From Octopus sinensis (lineage: Eukaryota), in assembly GCF_006345805.1 (NCBI RefSeq), contig NC_043002.1:53134001-53198000 (forward strand): a DNA stretch of 64,000 bases. Direction: 5' to 3'. The notes under the pieces were generated by a model that had not been told where the DNA came from, did no database searches, and saw only the letters and a program-made list of their open reading frames with translations. Shown piece by piece: positions 13,242 to 26,344 of this stretch; position 1 is the stretch's first letter, and each line of letters opens with the position of its first letter. The position numbers and the translations under genes were made by a program.

Positions 13242-13432
13242 TTAAACTGATTGCTAAGAAAAAAAAAAGAAAAAAAAAGAAAACTGAATAATGAGCATAA
13301 ACAACATAGGAAAGTTAGATACTGTAGATACTGACAATAAAGGCTTCTCAATGTGGGCCATATCACCTTTTCCTCACCTTACCCACAGGAGGAACACAGT
13401 GGAAAAATTTATATGGGTACTGAGGCCAAAGT

Positions 13433-13670
13433 GGAGGGGCATGGCTTAATATTTAAGATGTTGGACTCATGATCATAAGATGGTGATTTCGATTCCTGGA
13501 CCAAGCAACACGTTGTGTTCTTGAGCAAAAACACTTCATTTCATGTTGCTCCAGTCTGTTCAGCTGGCAAAAATGAGTAATCCTGCGATGGACTGGCGTC
13601 CCGTCCAGGTGGGGAATATATACATCATGGAAACTGACCCTATGAGTTTATATGACACAGGAAGGAACTT
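13433..13670 (+). mobile_element. tRNA-derived SINE, family C head and core with a different tail
   Basis: GGACTCATGATC..TTCGATTCC head; GTGTTCTTGAGCAA..TTGCTCCAG..CAGCTGGCAAAAATGAGT core; GCGATGGACTGGCGTCCCGTCCAG tail. Confidence 0.75.
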
Positions 13671-13841
13671 CACTACTTACTGAGGCCACAGGGAGTAATA
13701 AGGAGATTATGAAATTATTCTTGTTGTTGCTTCTCCTCTCACTTCTCTTTTAATTATCAAAATTTTGAGGTATTTCCAAACATGCAATAAAGAAGGTCAC
13801 TTCTATCTGTAGCACTAGGTAATTTCCTGTCTTGTGCATAG

Positions 13842-13892
<51 letters not shown>

Positions 13893-14717
13893 ATATATAT
13901 GTATATGTGCTTTATTCAGTTGTGTTGAATCATAGCTAGGGAGCAGAGAAAGTGTTCGTAAAAGAAAGAGGGTAATAGTTTAAAAATTTTGAGAAGTGCT
14001 GCAGTAATAGAAGACTGAATGTAGAACAAATGATAAAATGTCTGTTAAGATGTAATATTAGACCTTTTTAACACGAATTAGAGTAATTGTTGTATTTATC
14101 AAAAATCATAATTGTAGTAATTATTGATAGCTGTTGGCTGTCTAGAAACCTCTATTACCCTTTCATCTATCAAAAGCTCAACAAAAGGGCTTCTTATTTC
14201 GCAGAACAATATTTCAAGTATAAAAATAAAAAATTAAATCATTAAAAAAAAAAAAATTAAATGGACCAATTAAAAAATTAAATGGAGGAGATTTAGAATT
14301 AATCGACATCTGTTGCCCCAAAACAACCCATTTATGAATCAGGCACAATGAGATTCCATTTGCAGAGTCCTGTCTACAAGCAGATAACTCTAACAAACAC
14401 TTACAATACAGTAAACAGCATTGAACATGTATGACAAGTTACAGGATAATTACAAGTGGTTTACCCTACAAATAAGGTAGACTGCACATGAAAATCAGAG
14501 TGAGGGCCAAAAAGAATTTGGAATGGAAACAAAGGTTGCTGGGCAGGAACAAAAGGCAATAAAGAAAACAAACCTAACTTTGCTAAACACACAAAAACAG
14601 AATGCCAAGTATCATTTGTTTTATTTGCATGCATAATGTTGTATTAATGAGGGGATTTAATAACAATGAAGCGAAACAAGTGGACAAAATGATCAATTAT
14701 TCGTAGACAGCTAGGAT

Positions 14718-14996
14718 AGGCGTAGGAGTGGCTGTGTGGTAAGTAGCTTGCTTACGAATCACATGGCTCCGGGTTCAGTCCCACTGCATGGCACCCTGGG
14801 CAAGTATCTTCTACTATAGCCTCAGGCTATGTTGTCCCCCCAACATAGCTTGACAACCGATGCTGGTGTGTTTACATCCCCATAACTTAGCGGTTTGGCA
14901 AAAGAGACCGATAGAATAAGTACTGGGGTCGATTTGCTTGACTAAAGGGGTGCTCCAGCATGCCCACAGTCAAATGACTGAAACAAGTAAAAGAGA
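14718..14996 (+). mobile_element. SINE family B, internally deleted
   Basis: GGCGTAGGAGTGGCTGTGTGGTAAG head joined directly to the 3' half. Confidence 0.85.
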
Positions 14997-17900
14997 ATAA
15001 AGAGTAAAGAGCTGAAGTAAGGCAGCAAAAGTTGAGTGCCTCTGCCATAGAGACAATATAGAATGAGTAGCCTGGTGGTACCTTTTTGTCAGTAATGATT
15101 ATAGCATCAATGACTGTGTATGAACTGCTAACTGTGATTCCCTATCCAACTGCACATTAGTCATTCATAAGACACAGTAGCTTTAGGAGAACACTGTAGG
15201 TCATCAACAGAGCCACATATGACTCAGTTCTTAGATTTAAGAGACTTGTGCTGAAATTTAAGAAGCTACATCACCACACCTTATGGCTCTCAAGTTTATG
15301 GCTTGCAACTCAGAATATGTCATGTGCACTGAAACACATACACTAATCTGTGAGAAATAGCTATATTTTTTTTATCTGTCACAAAATTTAAGAGAAAAAA
15401 ATCAAAATGCTTAATATATGATGCAGCCTAACAAACCACTCCATAATGTATTTATTTATACTGACAAAGCTAGTTGGTAGAGTTAGTGATGTAATAATAA
15501 TAAAAAGCAGATATTAATTACAATGACAAAGATTCAGTCAAAAACTTATAGTCAATGCCTCCTATAAAAGAATTGCATTAACTCAATACTGTAATTCAGC
15601 TATTCATTAAAACAGGTTTTCTTTGTCAGAAGTTAATAGACTGTATATTTCTTTAAAAGTAGGCACTCAAAAGCTTTTACATAATATAAGGCTAACTTCA
15701 GTAATTAAAATCCCATTTCAACAATGTAATATATACCTAATATATTTAACCAATTGTTTGTGTTAATGTTCCATTAAAAGCTTTCAGTTATAAATAGCTG
15801 TTAAAGATAACAAATTTTCTATTTTAAGAAACTGAAAGCTAACCTTGTAAAGGAAGGGGGAGAATCCAAAGAACCTAACTGACACATGGTTTATCAAAAC
15901 AGTTACCAGCATGACTGCACAATCAATTTTGGATTTATTCCGAAGGAGTTTCTCCAAGACAGAATGGAAATCTAATAGGACTAAGGAGGTGAGCTTCACA
16001 AAGTAAGCCTGGATGTGTACATCTTGTCCTGCAACAAATCACAGGGTAAATTTGTTTAAGATAAAAATAGCTCTATATATTTATCTGAGATACTTTCTAT
16101 AATAGATTGTGAAAAGGATGTGTAAGAAGATCCTGGTGCTTATTACACATATGAGGTTGTACATAAACTGAAGGGGGAAAAAAAGAAGTTTTTGATCAGA
16201 CTCAAGATATAGAAAGAATTCAACTGAGTTACAAAAAACACTTTAGCTTAAGTACTAATAGTACACTATATAATAATGATTCTTTCTACTATTAGCACAA
16301 GGCCTGAAATTTTGAAGAAAGGGGCTCAATTGGTACTTATTTCATTGACCCTAAAAAGATAAAAGGCAACACTGACTTCAGCAGAATTTGAACTCAGAAC
16401 ATGGAAAGTGGATGGAATACAGCTAAGCATTTTGTCCAGTATACCAAACATCAAAACAAACAAAGCTGGAATGGCTACAACTTGTCAACAGTAAACCAGA
16501 GTGAATTTATAAAGTTGATCCCACTAAGATGATAGGATGATTACCATCAGTAATTAGAGTGACTGGAAGAAAATCAGTAAATAATGGCAGGAACAATCTA
16601 TAGGAAGGTTAGATAGAAGATAAAGGCAACTAGTACCAACATGCTAAAAGTAGTCGCCAAATCTCCCATAAATCACATCTTACTGTCTTAAAAATGAGTT
16701 CATGTTTAATAATGTAATTCTGAATACACTTTTATCGCTTACTTGTTTCAATCATTGGACTGCAACCATGCTGAGACACTGTCTTGATGGGTTTTAGTCA
16801 AATTGATCCCCAAACTCTTGTACTTATTTTAACAGTATCTTTTGCTAAGATACTGATACAGTGACATCAACAAACTGATACAAGTTGTCAAGCAGTGTGT
16901 GTGTGGAGAGGTGGAACAAACAGAGACAAACACAAACACGTTCAGTGATGATTGTAGTGATATGAAACTCAAATCACGAGAAAAGGTCTCAGCTTCAGTT
17001 TGAATAAAATATGTACACATATATGATGGGCTTCCACACAGTTTCTGCCTACTAAATTCACTCACAAAGCATTGATCAGCCCAGGGCTATAGTAAAAAAA
17101 AAATGCATGCCCAAAGTACCGTGCAGTAATATTGAACCCTAAATCACATGATTGCAAAGTGAGTTTCTTAACAATAAAGTCATGCCTACGTCAAGCAAGA
17201 AAAAGAGAAATGATGGTGACAGGGCAATCATTGCTGGAATACTTTTAATACTTTTAATCCAAGCATGTTCTGTTGGAATTAACCAGGAGTTAAATGAACA
17301 ACAACAGCCAAACACACATATACACACACACATAGAAATGTACTACAAAACATGCCCAAGAAATGCTTGAATTAACAACTCTGACAGTTATGGCATATGG
17401 AAATAATCTCTCAAATTCTTTATCAAAGTATATAGCAACACAATAAATAATTAATCCAGCAGACATTATTGAAAATAAAAATGAATTTGCCTGTTTGAAC
17501 TGGAGAAAATTCCAAACAAGGAACTATGGACTATATGTCAATATTTAATTTTCAATTCAAAGATATTATATCAGTTCTTTTTTCTTTTTTATTTTTAATG
17601 ATGTTTTTATATTTCTATCTGCAAACAATGTTATACAATGGAAACGGTATCTTATTAGTATAATAATATATACACAAAACCAGCGTTTACTATTTACTGT
17701 GCATTAAGTGGTTCCAGCAATGAATTTTCATAACCTGCTTAAACTGTCTAGATGAGCAAACTGGAGCAAAAAGGCAAATATTTGTTTGGCTTTCTAAACA
17801 AAATCACCAGCCTGGTTATGTTCAATCAAATTATGTAATAAAAATAAAATAGTATAAAAAAATAATTAAACTGGTTTTTTTTTTTTCTTTTGAAAAAAAA

Positions 17901-18439
17901 CAAAACAAAAATAGGGATATAAAGAAAAAAAAGGGGAAAAATAAAAACTGCCTTAGAAAGTCTTTTGTTCATTCACTTTACATGAAGAACAGTGGCATTG
18001 AATGTATGTATGTATGTATTTGGCAAGTTACAACAAGTTGAATGGAAGAGATACAAAAACATAAAAGATGAAAGAAATAGAAGACGAAATATAATATTTG
18101 GCCAGAGGAAGAGAGACAGAAAGAGAGGGAGTTTAAAAATCATAAAATTGTTTGCAGAACATAAAATAAGTACATTTTAATTACCATACACATACATGCA
18201 CAACACAATGCACACACACACACACTAATATATTCATCAAAACACCAACACCTAAACACACACACACACACACACACAGAAGATGAGAGAGTGTGTGTGT
18301 GTGTGTGTGTGTGTGTATCTTGGACCATTCAAAAGATGTAACAACAGCATGGAGAGTTGTGTAAAGGTTAAGCCGTAAAAATTCAATTAAGCAATGACAG
18401 CAGGAAGGGGGAAAAAAATGACATGTAAATATTCTCTAT

Positions 18440-18790
18440 ACAGGCATGCCTGTGTAATTAAGAAGCTTGCTTCCCAAACATAGAGTGCTGAGTTCAGTCC
18501 CATTGCATGGCACCTTGGGCAAGTATCTTTTACTATAGCCCCAGGCAAATTGAAGCCTTGTGAGCGAATTTGGAAGATAGAAACTGAAAGAATCCTGATG
18601 TATGTATCTATGTATGTGTTTGTATTTGTTCTCCACCACCAGCTGGTGTTGGTTTGTTTGTGTCCCTGTAATTTAGCAGTTCAGTAAAAGAGGTCAATAA
18701 AGTCAGTACCAGGCTTGAAAAATTAGGTGTGACCTGGGGTGGGGTGTGGGGGCTATAATAGAAGGCACTTGTCCAAACTGCTGCACAGTG
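18440..18790 (+). mobile_element. SINE family B (diverged)
   Basis: GCACCTTGGGCAAG core and internal microsatellite. Confidence 0.7.
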
Positions 18791-18915
18791 GGGCTGAAGT
18801 CAAAAGATGCCCAGATTTGAGATATCATATATTTTTTTTTAAAACTTTTTACTTGTTTCAGCCACAGGTTATAATTTTGCTGGAAAAGAACTGGAAATAA
18901 TTACACACACACACA

Positions 18916-19070
<155 letters not shown>

Positions 19071-19509
19071 CACACACCTCCATCACATGCATATAAACTA
19101 AGCCAATGAGATCCTCAATCTCTGCATGGTGGCTCAACCTGCTAGAAATAGTAGCCAAATCTTACACAAATTATTCTGCACCACCTTAATAAAGGACTCC
19201 ACCAACGTTTGTTTTTCTTTTCAAGATGGTGACATGTGATTTGAGGATAACATGGTCTTGGGTTCTCTGAATATAGGGGAAAAAAATACTAATGGAATGG
19301 CCACACCTGGAATGCTTTTTATTTTTAGTAAGCTCAATAAGCAGAGAGCTGAGGTGGGACTAAACAACAGCTACAAACACACAGATGTGTTACACACATA
19401 CACATCACATGAGTTTTATAGTGCAAAAGAGCTGGGGGACGAGGGAAATAATGGAAAAGAACTGGAAAAGTACAAAATGCAAAGAACACACACATACACA
19501 CACATCTAT

Positions 19510-19543
19510 CTATCTATCTAAATATATATATATATATATATAA

Positions 19544-19586
<43 letters not shown>

Positions 19587-19764
19587 CACATACATATATA
19601 CATATATATATATATACACATACATATATACATACATATATATACATATATACATATGCATGCATACATATATACATATACATGCATACATATATACATA
19701 TACATACATATATACATAATACATATATACATACATAAATATATACATACATACATACATACAT

Positions 19765-19812
<48 letters not shown>
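19510..19812. repeat. Compound (TA)/(CATA)/(CA) microsatellite
   Basis: Direct reading. Confidence 0.95.
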
Positions 19813-19813
<1 letters not shown>

Positions 19814-20489
19814 TATAACAGAGTGCGGTGGGGGAGGGTATACGTATATAGAAACAAAAGTGAGAGAGTCTGGGATTGTCTGATGAGTAATTCAAGCATC
19901 CTAGGAGAAGTTGTGTCAGGTGTTGGCAGTTACATCAAAACTAATAGCACAACATAACCTAATCTGTTATGCCCTAAACTAGGCACACAGCACTCTACTT
20001 GAATGGAGCCAGACTGCCTAGAGGTTAGGTAGGTATGTAAGTAGGAAGGTAAGGTAAGAGGAATGGAGAATGGAGATAAAAATGATGCTTTCTCTCCCCA
20101 CCGATCCTACCTAACCCTACTCACACCATAACAATCCTCCCCACCTCAGAGATCTGACACTTTCATTCATAGTCAAAATCACAAATCAGTTGGTAGAGGT
20201 AAGAGGGGTGTTGACCATCTATCTCTCCCCACTCTGTCTAGCTTTGTTTTCCACTTAAAGATTTCTTCTACCAAGGGAGTCTGTAAGTGTGGTTGTTGAC
20301 GATAATGCAAATAGCAGCTAAATCTCCCACAAATCATGCCATGTTCTTCTGTGTTAGAAAAAAAAAACCCCAGAAATGTTGGGGAAAATGTAATTTTAGC
20401 TAGAAGTACTCTGCCTGATATAAAAGAATGGCTGTTAGTGGAATATCTTTGATGATAATTCAGCTTCATCAGGGCTGACTTGGGTTTAA

Positions 20490-20719
20490 CCCTTTTGTTA
20501 CCATATTTTTGCGTTACCATATTTCTGCTCTGTGTTTCTTTCAATTAATCTTAAATATAACAAAGAATTTAGTAAAATAACTTAGTTAACATTAAGCTAG
20601 TGTTAAGAACATAAATTATGACTAAGGTTTGGTGGAAGATTTTAATTCAGAACTTTTGAAAACAAGAAATTTGTACTACAGAACCAGAGGCGGTTTCAGC
20701 CTGGTTGGTATCAAAAGGG
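20490..20719. mobile_element. piggyBac-type MITE, 230 bp (related fragments at ~34092-34270 reversed and ~48065-48130)
   Basis: TTAA TSDs (20486-20489, 20720-20723); TIRs CCCTTTTGTTACC / GGTATCAAAAGGG. Confidence 0.85.
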
Positions 20720-20955
20720 TTAAATCAACCAAAAACAGGAGCTTCTATATCAGGCATGAGCAACTTCGTTTTGTTATTTTTCAAGAAGCTGGCTGCATGA
20801 GATATGGCTCACCATCAGACAAACCATACTACTAAAAAAAAATTCAAGGTAATTTTCTTTTGGTGTGCTATGTGGAGTCTACATAGTTGTTCATTTTGCT
20901 AGAAATAGCAGTAAAATCTCTCAAAGCATATAATACCACACAATAAAAGAAATGG

Positions 20956-20986
<31 letters not shown>

Positions 20987-21081
20987 CACAATATATGAAT
21001 TCAAGCATTCTGGTAGTACTCATAATGCAGGCATGTAAGGATTTTTCTTTTTTCATTATCAAATAAAATAGTTATCAAAAG

Positions 21082-21440
21082 TGCAGGAGTTGGCTGTGTG
21101 GTAAGAAGCTTGCTTCCCAACCACATGGTTCTGGGTTCAGTCCCACTGCGGGGCACATTGGGCAAGTGTCTTCTACTATAGCCTCGGGCCAACCAAAGCC
21201 TTGTGAGTGGATTTGGTAGATGGAAACTGAAAGAAGCCCATCATATATATATATATATATATATGTATGCATTTGTTATTTGTGTTCACGTCCCCATAAC
21301 TTAGTGGTTTGGCAAAAAGAGACTGATAGAATAAGTACTAGGCTTACAAAGAATAAGTCCTGGTGGTCAAATTGTTTGACTAAAGGTGGTGCTCCAGCAT
21401 GGCCACAGTCAAATGACTGAAACAAGTAAAAGAATAAAAG
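21082..21440 (+). mobile_element. SINE family B, full length
   Basis: Complete head, core, (TA)n, 3' region and GAAACAAGTAAAAGAATAAAAG tail. Confidence 0.9.
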
Positions 21441-21601
21441 GGATCCATAGATGAAAAATGGCTGAGAACTCCTGATACAGACACATATCCAGATGATACT
21501 AACAGACATACTCGTTTCTTCTAAAGACACAAGGCTTAGAATTCGGAGCAGTGAGGGGTAGTCAAATACATTGGCCCTAATGCCCAACCGGGACTTGTTT
21601 T

Positions 21602-22007
21602 GGATCTTTTCGGTTTGAACGGCAGTTTTTTCTAGCGGTGTCATATGAAATTGTCACCCATAATTATGACCCTAGTATTTCAATCTGTTTTAGGGTTAGA
21701 GGTGGGGGAAGGGTATATTTTTTTTCTTCACAAATGTAAATAAACTCAATCTGTTTCTTAAACGAGGGACATATTCATATGGCACAGAATGTTTTTTTTA
21801 CCTCAATGGATGTGATTGATTGGTTGAAATTGCAGAAAATGAAGAAGAAAAAAAACAACAAATATCTTACCAACTATAGAATTTTCTCAATAAAGCCAAG
21901 AGAAAAAGATGTTTTATAAACAACACATTCTACCAGTATACGAAGTTTGAAATTTTTTAGTTACCTAGAAATTATGTTAAAAACTGCCGCTCAAACCGAA
22001 AAGATCC
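21602..22007. mobile_element. MITE with ~28-bp TIRs (copy 1)
   Basis: GGATCTTTTCGGTTTGAACGGCAGTTTT ... AAAACTGCCGCTCAAACCGAAAAGATCC; homologous to 47603-48034. Confidence 0.85.
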
Positions 22008-22399
22008 CTTGTTTTTTTATCAACCTTGAAAGGATGAACAGCAGAATTAACCTCAGCTGCATTTGAACTCAGAAAGTTATGTAGGAAGAAATGTAGCCTA
22101 ACACATTGCGGAGTATGCTGACATTTCTGCCAGCTCACTGCCTTATCACATACAAATACATACACAGTTGCATATGTATACACAACATAAATATTCAAAT
22201 ATTTATGTATATATACACATTCATTTGTCCATCTATCATGCTTGTAAATCTATTCTTATACCACTTATGTTACAATGTTAGAGTAGATATACCAGGATTG
22301 TTATTTCTTGGGTTAAGTTTCTGTTTGCTTTTATTTGTTGTTTGTGTGTTTTGTGTTTTGCTTCTATGTTTTCCTTACAATTCATTTAAGTGTTGACAA

Positions 22400-22705
22400 G
22401 GAAATGTAATTTGAAAGGAAAAGAGAGAAAATATAATAAAAAAAACAGACCTGTGGGGTGAGGTGGGTGACATTTTGGAAGAAAAGGAGAGAAAAATTAG
22501 AATCAAAGGGAAATATGAAAAATGAAAACAAAAACAAGGGAAAACAAAAGGAAAAGAGTTAAACAACAAAGAGAGAGAATATGGGGAAATTAAATAGAGA
22601 AACTGGGGGAGAGAGAGAGAGAGAAAGAAAGGAGGTAGAGAAAGAGAGACAAAAAGAAAAAGGAAGATTAAGAGGAAGACAGGCAGAAGGTAAAAGAGAA
22701 AGTCA

Positions 22706-22736
<31 letters not shown>

Positions 22737-23560
22737 GCAGAGAAGGAGAGAGACTAAAAGAGGAAGAAAGAGAGCTTAAAGGTGGATGGTGGTGAGGGTA
22801 AAAGTGAGAGAGAGAGAGAAAATACAGCAAGAGAAAGATAGAGAGAGAAGGATCGGCTCAAGAACAAACAGATGTGAAGAACTCAGAAATCAAAGATACT
22901 GAGAGAAAGCAGGAGAGGAGTGGGGGGAGGGGGGCGGAGAAAGAAATAAGGAGGGTGTAGGAAGAAAGTGATCTTAGTACCTAAAGCATAGCAATCAATA
23001 TTACTACTACTACTACTACTACTGGTGGTGGTGGTAAGAAGGCCTGCTTTCATTACAGCCACTGAAATAGTACTTAGAGCATGACAATCACAACCATTAT
23101 TATTATTACTACTACTACTACTACTACTATTGCTGCTGCTGCTGCTGTTGTTGTTAGAAGTAGTATTAGCAGTAATAGTTAATAGGTGAGAGGGCTTGGC
23201 AAATGTTGAAGGAATTTCTGCAGGTGGAACTTAAGTAGCCAATAGTCTGTGTGAGAATAACAATTGTTGGCAGGGGAGATTACATATGGCAGGAGAGAAT
23301 AGGTGAGGTGGTGAGAGAGGGCGAAGGGGAAGCGAGGGGATTGGTGACAGAGGTGCAAATGCACAGACAAAATGCCATGGAATATGAGTGGTGGTGGTGG
23401 GGAGAGAGAGAGAGAGAGAGCTGAGGTGTGGGAGGTAGGGAGATAGGTAAATATGAGCAGAGAGAGAGAGAGAGATAATGAATTGAAGGAGTGAAAGAGA
23501 TGACTGTGGAAGTGGGTGGGGTGGGGAAGAGAAACTGAAAAGAACATGGAACAGTGAAAG
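22400..23560. repeat. Purine-rich (GA) low-complexity tract with (TAC)n/(TGC)n runs
   Basis: Direct reading. Confidence 0.85.
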
Positions 23561-23789
23561 AGAAAGTAGAAAAAAGTATATACATATATACACTAAAATA
23601 TCAGGCTGATTATATATGCATGTACACGAGGGAGGGAGGGAGGGAGGAAAAGAGTGAGATTGTGTGTGAGCATGTGTGTGTGTGTGAGCATGTGTGTGTG
23701 TGTGTGTGTTGTGTGTGTGAGCATGTGTGTGTGTGTGTGTGTGTGTGTGCATGTATGCTCACCTGTTTATATCAGTGCACATTTTGTGC

Positions 23790-23824
<35 letters not shown>

Positions 23825-24320
23825 GGGAAACTCCACACCATGTGCTTGCTGATATGACTGAAGAAGTTACATTGCTTGCTTGTTTTAGAATTTTTAACAG
23901 CTCTATTGAGTATTTTGTCTACGAATTGTACGAATAATTCTTTTCAGACTGAAGTTTTTCAACCTGCTGCATTACAAGTTTATGAGATCCTGTCATATTT
24001 GCATTTAGTACATAAGACAAGTTTACCCCCGAGATGCTTTCACCTCATCTCTTTTGATGATATTCATAATCTGTACCACTAAGTGTGCACATGTGTGTGT
24101 GTGTGTGAGAGTATGTGTTGCTCACATCACAGTCTAAGCCAAATAAGACAAACAGGGTTTGTTGTGGAGATCAATGCATGTCCCTTGTTTTAAAGTCGGT
24201 TTTAGTTGATATTATAAGAGTTATCTCACTTTTTTTCTAGATAGTAAACACTTTTGTCAACTGTATGTGCAGGTACTCTTTTAATCCATATTTTCAACAG
24301 GGCATGTATATGCATGAGTG

Positions 24321-24388
<68 letters not shown>

Positions 24389-24394
24389 TATATA

Positions 24395-24900
24395 TTTCTG
24401 CGTTTGTAATACTTTTTTACGTTCGGCGTCAACAGCCCTTCTTATCTTGTTTTTCCTTGTCCTGTCTTATACTGTTTACAATTTGCACTGTCGTTACTGT
24501 CCTGTTGTTACTATTTTTTACCCCTCTGCGAAAAGATCTCAGAATTTTAATTGATTTGCTTTTCGCAGGAAGGAAAGTTTTCTTGTCGAAGATACGTCTC
24601 GCTTTTATCCTTCGAAACGTAGAGTAGATGAAAGCTTTAGCGACTGAAGAAGGGGTTTTTTCTTTGTGTTAATTGTCCTGTATTCTATTTTTTTGTTGTT
24701 TTTAAATATATGTCCAGTTCCTTTGGTTTGTGTCTATGTTTTCGTTTCTCATTGTGTTCGACGTCCTTTTGGTGTCCTGTACTCATATATGCATGTATAT
24801 GTACATATAGAGGTAGGTACGTACATATATGTTTATATATATATATCTCACAAGTGTCGTCATTATATTTATTGTTAAACACTGATAAGGTAAAGTGCAA
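24395..24900 (+). mobile_element. Possible Penelope-like pLTR-type repeat
   Basis: CpG-retaining T-rich tract with CGAAACGTA and CTGAAGAAGGGG motifs resembling the other pLTRs here; no coding remnant seen. Confidence 0.35.
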
Positions 24901-26062
24901 GGTTGGATAATGTTTCTAATAACTATGTAATTATCATGGCATGTTGTTGAAACATGTGTGTTTTATAAAGTACTGAATACCTTTATTATTCGTCTATTGG
25001 TTAAATATCCAACTAATTAATTTGTCAAAGCTCTTTTATTGCTACTTTGACAAGCAAAAACAAATTAGTTAGTTGGATATTTATTTAACTAAATGACTAA
25101 TAATAAAGAAAAGGGATGGGATTGAACCAGTGTGTGTGTTAATTATATTGACATAATGACTCTCCCTAGACAACAACGTATATATATATATATTTATGGA
25201 TAGAATGTGTGCACGTGTGTATGTGTATTACGCTATTGTTGGTAAAATATATATATATATATATATATATCAATTCATTCAAGTTAAAACATGAATGCTA
25301 AAAGTATAAAACAATAGCAGCCACACTCATTTGACTAGAGATAAAAATCTTATCTCTCATTTGCAGTGATACTGAATGAAAAGAAAGGAATTTCAAAGCA
25401 CAGCTGCATGTATCTGTGCACATGTGTAAATATTTAGACAAGCGTCTCTGCATGTGCATGTTTCTTTCTATATCGCAGACATGCAACATGCAGAAGATTA
25501 TCATTTTTGAACTATTAACATTATTTTTAGAGATGAAAATACATCAGTAGCCTGGAAGATAAGAATATTATTACTAGTAATTGAGAAATAATGGTTCCTG
25601 GTATAAATCTTGTGCATTCCTATGTGCACCTTTAGGAAAAAGACATTTTGTGGCAAGTCAGATCAAACTGATTGAAATAATGTTAATATAAATTTTTACA
25701 GAAATGTAAATAGAGATTTCTACAGAGCCACGTTATCAACAACATTATTTTATGTCCAGTTTTGTGAGGGGTTTTTTTCATGCAGGTATGGGCTAAATAA
25801 GACTTCTTGAAGCAGTTTTCTGTAACCAAATGTTCTTCCTAATGACAACTCATGTTTACAAGTAAGGTACCTCTTGCTTCACATGTTGAACTGCTAAGCT
25901 GCGAGACATGTATTGTTTATGTAGGACTCAAGCAAACATCATTGCTGTGCAAGCACTGTTAATGTGAACCCATATAGCTACACTCACACGTATGCATGTG
26001 TGTGTGTGTGGGGTATAGTAGCGTATATATATATATATATATAATATATATATATATATAGA

Positions 26063-26306
26063 TGGTGGCACAAAAAACACCATTTGAGCGTGGCCGTAGC
26101 CAGTACCACCTAACTGGCCCTCGGGCCGGTGACATGTAAAAGCACCCACTACACTCACGGAGTGGTTGGCGCTAGGAAGGGCATCCAGCTGTAGAAACTC
26201 TGCCAGATCAGACTGCAGCTTGGTGCAGCATCTGGCCCGCCAATCCTCTATCAAACCATCCAACCCATGCCAGCATGGAAAGTGAACGTTAAACAATGAT
26301 GATGAT

Positions 26307-26308
<2 letters not shown>
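26063..26308 (+). mobile_element. (GAT)n-tailed retroposon (family F), best-preserved copy
   Basis: GGTGGCAC..AAAAGCACCCACTACACTC..GGAAGGGCATCCAGCTGTAGAAAC..CGTTAAACAATGATGATGATG. Confidence 0.85.

Positions 26309-26344
<36 letters not shown>

Noticed and set aside
14405-14538. Exon-like unit on minus with a good acceptor and GTAAGT donor
   Set aside because: Stops in all three frames; such sites arise by chance in 40 kb.
24570-24660. Hammerhead-like GAAACGTA and CTGAAGAAGGGG motifs
   Set aside because: Core elements are in the wrong order or too degenerate to assemble a three-stem fold.
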